Part shown: piece after piece, positions 16,136 to 21,767 of the stretch | How positions within the stretch are numbered: position 1 is the first letter of the stretch | Layout: each line of letters begins with the position of its first letter | NCBI GenBank assembly: GCA_049970495.1 | Contig: JBMFMV010000028.1 | Location: 1-21,767 of the forward strand | Length of the DNA stretch: 21,767 nt | Origin: a bacterium | Lineage (GTDB): Bacteria; DUMJ01 | Reading direction: 5' to 3' | Position numbers and translations under genes: made by a program | Notes under the pieces: model-generated | What the model was told of the DNA's origin: nothing | Databases searched by the model: none | Seen by the model: the letters and a program-made list of their open reading frames with translations, nothing else

Positions 16136-17011
16136 ATGGGTATAGTATATTTGAATGGAGAGTTTGTCCCTACAGAGTCTGCTAAGGTATCTGTATATGA
16201 CAGAGGTCTCCTCTATGGTGATGGGGTATTTGAAGGTATAAGGGCTTATAATGGGAGGGTTTTTAAGCTTGATGAGCATATAGATAGACTTTACGAATCT
16301 AGTCATAGTATCTTGATTAATATCCCTATGTCAAAAGAGGAGTTTAAAGAGACTTTAGCAGAAACTATAAGAAGAAATAATCTGAGAGATGCATATATTC
16401 GTCCGATTGTTACTAGAGGGGTTAAAGGCTTAGGCATAAATCCTTGGGATGCTATGTCACCTACGGTAATTATTATAGTAGATAAGATTACCCTATACTC
16501 TTCTAAGATGTATGAAGAAGGTATCTCTGCAGTTTGCGCCTCTACTGTGAGAAACAACCCTAATGCATGTAATCCACAGATAAAGTCCCTAAACTATCTT
16601 AACAGTGCAATGGCAAAATATGAGGCCTATCTAGCTGGAGCTGATGAAGCTATATTCTTAAACCCTCAGGGCTATGTGGTAGAAGCAGCTGTAGATAATA
16701 TCTTTATATACACTAAGGATGGTAATCTAGTTACACCTCCGACGTATCTCGGTGCATTAAGAGGTATAACTAGAGACACGGTAATAGAGATTGCTAAAGC
16801 TAAAGGGATCGCTGTGAAAGAGGAACCTTTTACTAGACATGATTTATACAATGCAGTTGAATCCTTCCTTACAGGAACAGCAGCAGAGGTTATACCTTTA
16901 GTAAAGGTAGACGGTAGAATTATAGGTGATGGCCGTCCGGGTAAGATTACTAAAGAGATTATGATGGCTTATAAAGAGCTTACACAAAACTCTGGATATC
17001 CTGTTTATTAA
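16136..17011 (+). CDS. ilvE: Branched-chain amino acid aminotransferase (PLP fold IV)
   Basis: DRGLLYGDGVFEGIRAY, HIDRL, YIRPIVTRG..LG, IKSLNYL (PLP lysine), L.GITR, FLTGTAAEV. Confidence 0.93.
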   Translation: MGIVYLNGEFVPTESAKVSVYDRGLLYGDGVFEGIRAYNGRVFKLDEHIDRLYESSHSILINIPMSKEEFKETLAETIRRNNLRDAYIRPIVTRGVKGLGINPWDAMSPTVIIIVDKITLYSSKMYEEGISAVCASTVRNNPNACNPQIKSLNYLNSAMAKYEAYLAGADEAIFLNPQGYVVEAAVDNIFIYTKDGNLVTPPTYLGALRGITRDTVIEIAKAKGIAVKEEPFTRHDLYNAVESFLTGTAAEVIPLVKVDGRIIGDGRPGKITKEIMMAYKELTQNSGYPVY

Positions 17012-17013
17012 TT

Positions 17014-18321
17014 ATGGAGATTCCAAGGAATAGATTATTACCAGATACAGCTCAAATAAATAGCTTAGGGCATTTAGAGATAAGTGGGGTAGATATAGTA
17101 AATCTAGCTAAAAAATATGGGACTCCTATATATCTCTATGACGAGGTAACTCTTAGAAATAGGATGAGGGAGTTTGTCTCTAGCTTAAGGGATACTTACC
17201 CTAACTCTAAAGTGTTATATGCGGGAAAAGCTTTCTTAATAAAGAAAATGGCAAAGATTGTAGCAGAAGAGGGACTAGGTCTAGATGTGGTTTCTGGTGG
17301 AGAGATATATGTAGCTAAAGAATCAGGTTTTCCTATGGAGGATGTATATTTCCATGGGAATAATAAGACTTTAGAAGAACTAAGATTTGCATTAGATATA
17401 GGGGTAGGAAATATTGTAGTGGATAATCTTAGCGAGTTAAAACTCCTGGCTTCTCTAGTAAAGAGAAGACCTGTAAATATTCTCTTTAGACTTACCCCAG
17501 GGGTAGACCCTCATACTCATAGTTACATTAGTACTGGAAAGATAGATTCTAAGTTTGGTTTTCAGCTAGGTAGTAGCGACCTAGAAGAGGCTATAGAGCT
17601 TGTCAAAACAGACGCTTTTTTAAACTTTGTAGGACTACACTGCCATATAGGTTCTCAGATATTTGATACTAGATTTTTTGGAATGGCTTCTGAGATAATG
17701 GCTGAACAAGTAGTTATATTTACAAAGAAATGGGAACTTAAGATACAGAAGTTAGATATGGGCGGGGGATTAGGGATAGCTTACAAGCCTAATGATGACC
17801 CACCTACTCCTAAAGAAATGGCAGTAGCAATTGCTAATCCTATAGGGGAGACCTGTACTAGAGAAGGAATAGAACTGCCTACCCTTATACTTGAACCTGG
17901 AAGGTATATAGTTGGTAATGCTGGTGTTACTATCTATACTGTTGGAAGTATAAAAGAGATACCTGGGGTCCGTAAATATGTAAGTGTAGATGGCGGTATG
18001 GCTGATAACCCAAGACCAATGCTTTATCAGGCTGAATATACCGCATTTTTGGCTAATAAGATGAATAAAGTCTCAGTAGAGACTGTTACTATAGCGGGAA
18101 GATTTTGTGAATCTGGAGATATTTTGATAAATGAAGCATTTCTCCCTAAAATAGAGTATGGGGATATACTAGTTATTTCTGCTACAGGTGCTTATAATTA
18201 TTCTATGTCTAGTAATTATAATATGTGTCCTAGACCTATAGTTATAGGGGTAAATGGGGGAAAAGATGAGGTCTGGGTAGAAAGGGAGAAATATATAGAT
18301 TTAGTGAGGTTGCAAAGATGA
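17014..18321 (+). CDS. lysA: Diaminopimelate decarboxylase
   Basis: YGTP.Y.YD, YAGKA (PLP lysine), DVVSGGE, HGNNK, SKFG, HCHIGSQI, EPGR, CESGD, GAY.YSMSSNYN. Confidence 0.97.
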   Translation: MEIPRNRLLPDTAQINSLGHLEISGVDIVNLAKKYGTPIYLYDEVTLRNRMREFVSSLRDTYPNSKVLYAGKAFLIKKMAKIVAEEGLGLDVVSGGEIYVAKESGFPMEDVYFHGNNKTLEELRFALDIGVGNIVVDNLSELKLLASLVKRRPVNILFRLTPGVDPHTHSYISTGKIDSKFGFQLGSSDLEEAIELVKTDAFLNFVGLHCHIGSQIFDTRFFGMASEIMAEQVVIFTKKWELKIQKLDMGGGLGIAYKPNDDPPTPKEMAVAIANPIGETCTREGIELPTLILEPGRYIVGNAGVTIYTVGSIKEIPGVRKYVSVDGGMADNPRPMLYQAEYTAFLANKMNKVSVETVTIAGRFCESGDILINEAFLPKIEYGDILVISATGAYNYSMSSNYNMCPRPIVIGVNGGKDEVWVEREKYIDLVRLQR

Positions 18322-19619
18322 AGAGTATAAATATAGGGATGATAGGCCTTGGTAATGTAGGAAGCGGAGTTTGGAGAGTATTAGAGAAAAAGAGAGAAGA
18401 GTTTAAGGTATTCCCTTGGAATGTCCTAGAGATAAAGAAAATAGGGGTAAGGGATATCAAAAAGGAGAGGCAAGTTAGAGTTCCATCTACCTTGCTTACA
18501 CAGGATGTGGATAGTATCATTAATTCTCCAGATATAGATGTAATTATAGAAGTTGCAGGTGGTAAAGAAGAAGGGTTCAGAATTATTAGTAAAGCAATAA
18601 ACTCGGGAAAACATGTAATAACTGCCAATAAGGATGTCATAGCATCTTATGGGCTTGACCTCTTTCGAATGGCTAAAGAGAAGGGGGTAAAGATATACTT
18701 TGAAGCAAGTGTTGGGGCTGGGATACCAATCATAAGAGTCTTAAGGGAAGATTTAGTAGCTAATAGTATTCAGGAGATTAGAGCTATCCTTAACGGAACT
18801 AGTAATTATATCCTGACTAGGATGTCAGAAGTTGGAGAGGATTTTGAAACTGCTTTAGCTATGGCACAGAGATTAGGATACGCAGAACCAAATCCCGCTA
18901 ATGATGTAAAAGGAATTGATGCCGCCTATAAGATAACTATACTTTCCTCTATAGCATTTAATGCCTTTGTTACCCCTGAAGATATCTATGTAGAGGGGAT
19001 AGATACTATCACTAGTAGAGATATCCAATATGCTCATGAACTTGGTTATGAGATAAAGTCACTAGCTATAGCTAGGAAACATACCGATGGCTTAGAGCTC
19101 AGAGTTCACCCTACAATGATTCCAAAGACATCTATGCTTGCTGCGGTAAGAGGCGTATATAATGGTATATATCTAGTGGGAGATGCAGTCGGTCCCATGA
19201 TGTTGTACGGTAGAGGCGCGGGGAGTTTACCAACCGCAAGTGCAGTAGTATCTGACTTATGCGATCTAGTTAGGTCCCTCAGAGATGGATCTGATGGGCA
19301 GTTTGAAGTCCCAGATTTAGTGAAGTTACCTATAAGACCAATAGAAAAGCTTGAGACTAGATATTATATACGACTAAATGTTCCAGATAGAGCAGGTGTA
19401 CTTGCTGGGATAGCAAAGGTTTTTGGAGATTTAGGAATAAGTATAGCTAGTGTAGTCCAGAAGGAGGTTCCAGATACAAGGGGACAGGCGGAGCTAGTCA
19501 TTATCACTCATACTGCTCAAGAAGGACCTTTTAGACAGGCCATAGCACAGATGGAGAGGTTAGATGTGGTGAATAAGGTTGAGTCGACTCTAAGGATAGA
19601 GGGGGTTGTTGAGGAATGA
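18318..19619 (+). CDS. hom: Homoserine dehydrogenase with C-terminal ACT domain
   Basis: [65 protein letters not shown] and ACT motif DRAGVLA. Confidence 0.97.
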   Translation: MKSINIGMIGLGNVGSGVWRVLEKKREEFKVFPWNVLEIKKIGVRDIKKERQVRVPSTLLTQDVDSIINSPDIDVIIEVAGGKEEGFRIISKAINSGKHVITANKDVIASYGLDLFRMAKEKGVKIYFEASVGAGIPIIRVLREDLVANSIQEIRAILNGTSNYILTRMSEVGEDFETALAMAQRLGYAEPNPANDVKGIDAAYKITILSSIAFNAFVTPEDIYVEGIDTITSRDIQYAHELGYEIKSLAIARKHTDGLELRVHPTMIPKTSMLAAVRGVYNGIYLVGDAVGPMMLYGRGAGSLPTASAVVSDLCDLVRSLRDGSDGQFEVPDLVKLPIRPIEKLETRYYIRLNVPDRAGVLAGIAKVFGDLGISIASVVQKEVPDTRGQAELVIITHTAQEGPFRQAIAQMERLDVVNKVESTLRIEGVVEE

Positions 19620-20659
19620 GATGGCAAGGGGTACTAAGAGGGTACAAGGATTATCTCCCATTAACAGATAAGACTCCCCAGATTACTCTCTACGAAGGGA
19701 ATACTCCTCTTATCTACGCTAGGCATATATCTAGCGAATTAGGAGTAGAGGTATATTTAAAGTATGAAGGGATGAATCCAACTGGTTCTTTCAAAGATAG
19801 AGGGATGGTTGTAGCTATAGCCAAAGCAGTAGAAGAAGGTGCTAAGGCTGTGATATGCGCCTCTACTGGGAATACAAGTGCTTCCGCTTCTGCCTATTCT
19901 GCAGTTGCCGGCTTGAAATCAATAGTTCTTATTCCAGAAGGAGCAATAGCTTTGGGTAAACTTGCTCAAGCTTTGACATATGGAGCACAGGTAATAGCTG
20001 TCGAAGGGAATTTTGATATTGCCTTGAGTCTTGTTAGAGAGGCAGGAAAGAAGTTTCCAGTCACTATTGTCAACTCTATAAATCCGTATAGGATTGAGGG
20101 GCAGAAGACAGCCTCTTTTGAAATCTGTGATGTATTGGGTGAAGCTCCAGATTATCTATTTATTCCAGTAGGAAATGCCGGGAATATTACTGCTTACTGG
20201 AGGGGGTTTAAGGAGTATAAGGAGAATGGTAAGATACAGAAACTACCAAAGATTATGGGTTTTCAGGCTGAAGGAGCCGCCCCTATAGTGAGAGGCTATC
20301 CGATAGAGAATCCTAAAACAATAGCTACTGCTATAAGGATAGGAAATCCTGCTAGTTGGAAATCTGCTGTAGCAGCAGCTAAAGAGTCTGGGGGTATTAT
20401 AGATATGGTTTCTGATGAAGAGATTTTGGATGCTTATAAATTTGTTGCTAGTATGGAAGGGATATTTGTCGAACCTGCTTCTGCTGCTTCTATAGCAGGA
20501 TTACTTAAATACGTAAGAGAAGGAAAGATAGAAAGGGGCAGTATAATTACTTGTGTCCTTACGGGTCATGGATTAAAAGACCCTGATACCGCTGTGAAAT
20601 CTGCTTCTCCGCCAATAATTATATCCCCTAGTATAGAGGAGTTGGCTAAGTACTTATGA
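19616..20659 (+). CDS. thrC: Threonine synthase
   Basis: [17 protein letters not shown] (PLP lysine), [46 protein letters not shown]. Confidence 0.97.
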   Translation: MRWQGVLRGYKDYLPLTDKTPQITLYEGNTPLIYARHISSELGVEVYLKYEGMNPTGSFKDRGMVVAIAKAVEEGAKAVICASTGNTSASASAYSAVAGLKSIVLIPEGAIALGKLAQALTYGAQVIAVEGNFDIALSLVREAGKKFPVTIVNSINPYRIEGQKTASFEICDVLGEAPDYLFIPVGNAGNITAYWRGFKEYKENGKIQKLPKIMGFQAEGAAPIVRGYPIENPKTIATAIRIGNPASWKSAVAAAKESGGIIDMVSDEEILDAYKFVASMEGIFVEPASAASIAGLLKYVREGKIERGSIITCVLTGHGLKDPDTAVKSASPPIIISPSIEELAKYL

Positions 20660-21576
20660 TTCTAGTGTCTAAAGTCCCTGCCACTACTGCAAATCTTGGC
20701 GTCGGATTTGATACGTTAGGCCTGGCTTTAAAATTGTACAATGTATTTGAAGTGAAAACTTCAGAATCATACGCCATAGAGGTGAGAGGGGAAGGGGAAA
20801 GAGAGCTTACTAGACGAGAAAATAATAATTTTATCAAAGCTATAGAATATTTTTACAGGTTATATAAAATGGCTCCTCCATGTTTAGATATAAAAATATT
20901 CAGTAATATCCCTATATGCAGAGGATTAGGTAGTAGTGCTTCTGCTATAGTGGCAGGTTTAATAACAGCTAATATACTCACCGGTAAAAATCTTACTAGG
21001 GAAGAATTGCTAAGTTATGCGGTAGAATTAGAAGGGCATCCCGATAATGTAACCCCTGCTATGTTGGGAGGTTGTACTATCTCTCTAATATCTAATGGAA
21101 GACTTATAACTAAAAAGATACCTTTTCCTGAAGAGATAGCAGTAATAATAGCGGTGCCCTATTTTAATGTAGAGACAGAGATGTCTAGAAGGTTATTACC
21201 CGATTGTGTCCCTCTAGATGTTACAATTAGAGGATTAGCCAAGATGGGAATCTTTATAACTTCCATACTGACTAAAGATATAAGAGATTTGCCATTAATT
21301 CTTGAAGATGAGCTTCACGAACCTTATAGGGCAAAGTATATACCAAACTATAGTAAGATAAAAAAGGAGATTATATCTAGCGGTGCTTTGGGTGTTATGA
21401 TAAGTGGATCTGGACCATCTATGGTTATTCTTAGTAAAAGAGATGATATAAAAAGATTAAAGGAGGATATAAGAAGAATTCTTTTTAAGAATAGCATTGA
21501 ATCCAGAATTTTTGACTTAGAAATAGATAATGAGGGTGCTTCATTGGAGGTGAAAGAATGTATAGTGTGGCGGTAG
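20656..21576 (+). CDS. thrB: Homoserine kinase (GHMP family)
   Basis: [48 protein letters not shown]. Confidence 0.96.
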   Translation: MILVSKVPATTANLGVGFDTLGLALKLYNVFEVKTSESYAIEVRGEGERELTRRENNNFIKAIEYFYRLYKMAPPCLDIKIFSNIPICRGLGSSASAIVAGLITANILTGKNLTREELLSYAVELEGHPDNVTPAMLGGCTISLISNGRLITKKIPFPEEIAVIIAVPYFNVETEMSRRLLPDCVPLDVTIRGLAKMGIFITSILTKDIRDLPLILEDELHEPYRAKYIPNYSKIKKEIISSGALGVMISGSGPSMVILSKRDDIKRLKEDIRRILFKNSIESRIFDLEIDNEGASLEVKECIVWR

Positions 21577-21767
21577 TAGGAGCCACCGGGCTAGTGGGTA
21601 GAGAGATGGTTTCTATACTTGAGGCTAGAAACTTTCCCGTTAAGTCACTCAGACTTTTGGCTACAAGTAGATCTCAAGGTACTATCGTTCAGTTTAAAGG
21701 GCAAGATATAGTAGTAGAGGAAGCTACTCCTAATAGTTTTGAAGGGATTCAGATTGCTCTCATCTCT
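21558..21767 (+). CDS. asd: Aspartate-semialdehyde dehydrogenase, N-terminal 70 codons (runs off the window; absent from the ORF track)
   Basis: Manual translation gives [41 protein letters not shown]...EEATPNSFEGIQIALIS. SD GGAGGTG at 21546-21552. Overlaps the thrB end by 19 nt. Confidence 0.95.
   Translation, partial: MYSVAVVGATGLVGREMVSILEARNFPVKSLRLLATSRSQGTIVQFKGQDIVVEEATPNSFEGIQIALIS

Noticed and set aside
2585..20837. Short alternative-frame and minus-strand ORFs in the track (e.g. 2585-2779, 3591-3977, 5228-5491, 9061-9447, 15923-16306, 18242-18640)
   Set aside because: All overlap well-supported + strand genes and show no recognisable motifs; they are shadow ORFs.

Overview
This is an AT-rich bacterial chromosomal window in which every credible gene is on the + strand. 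The host is probably a thermophilic, diderm anaerobe (inferred from protein composition and a non-lipoprotein periplasmic binding protein). In order it holds: (1) the right part of an IS481-family insertion sequence ending 5 bp before a perfect TTGACA-N16-TATAAT promoter, whose -35 box supplies the transposase stop codon; (2) a ~230-nt structured leader, then a family-5 (Opp/Dpp-type) ABC binding protein and two permeases with no ATPase, then two tandem uroporphyrinogen-decarboxylase-fold proteins of unknown function; (3) a stand-alone guaB3-type IMP dehydrogenase with its own promoter and terminator; (4) a DeoR/GlpR regulator that appears to start at ATA; (5) five overlapping genes: MoxR ATPase, DUF58, DUF4129-type membrane protein, FGGY sugar kinase and beta-CASP metallo-hydrolase; (6) the operon ilvE-lysA-hom-thrC-thrB-asd, with asd cut by the window end. 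The best candidates for new biology are the apparently promoter-targeted IS481 and the riboswitch-like leader in front of the ABC plus URO-D-fold module. All family calls come from motif recognition by eye; no searches were run.
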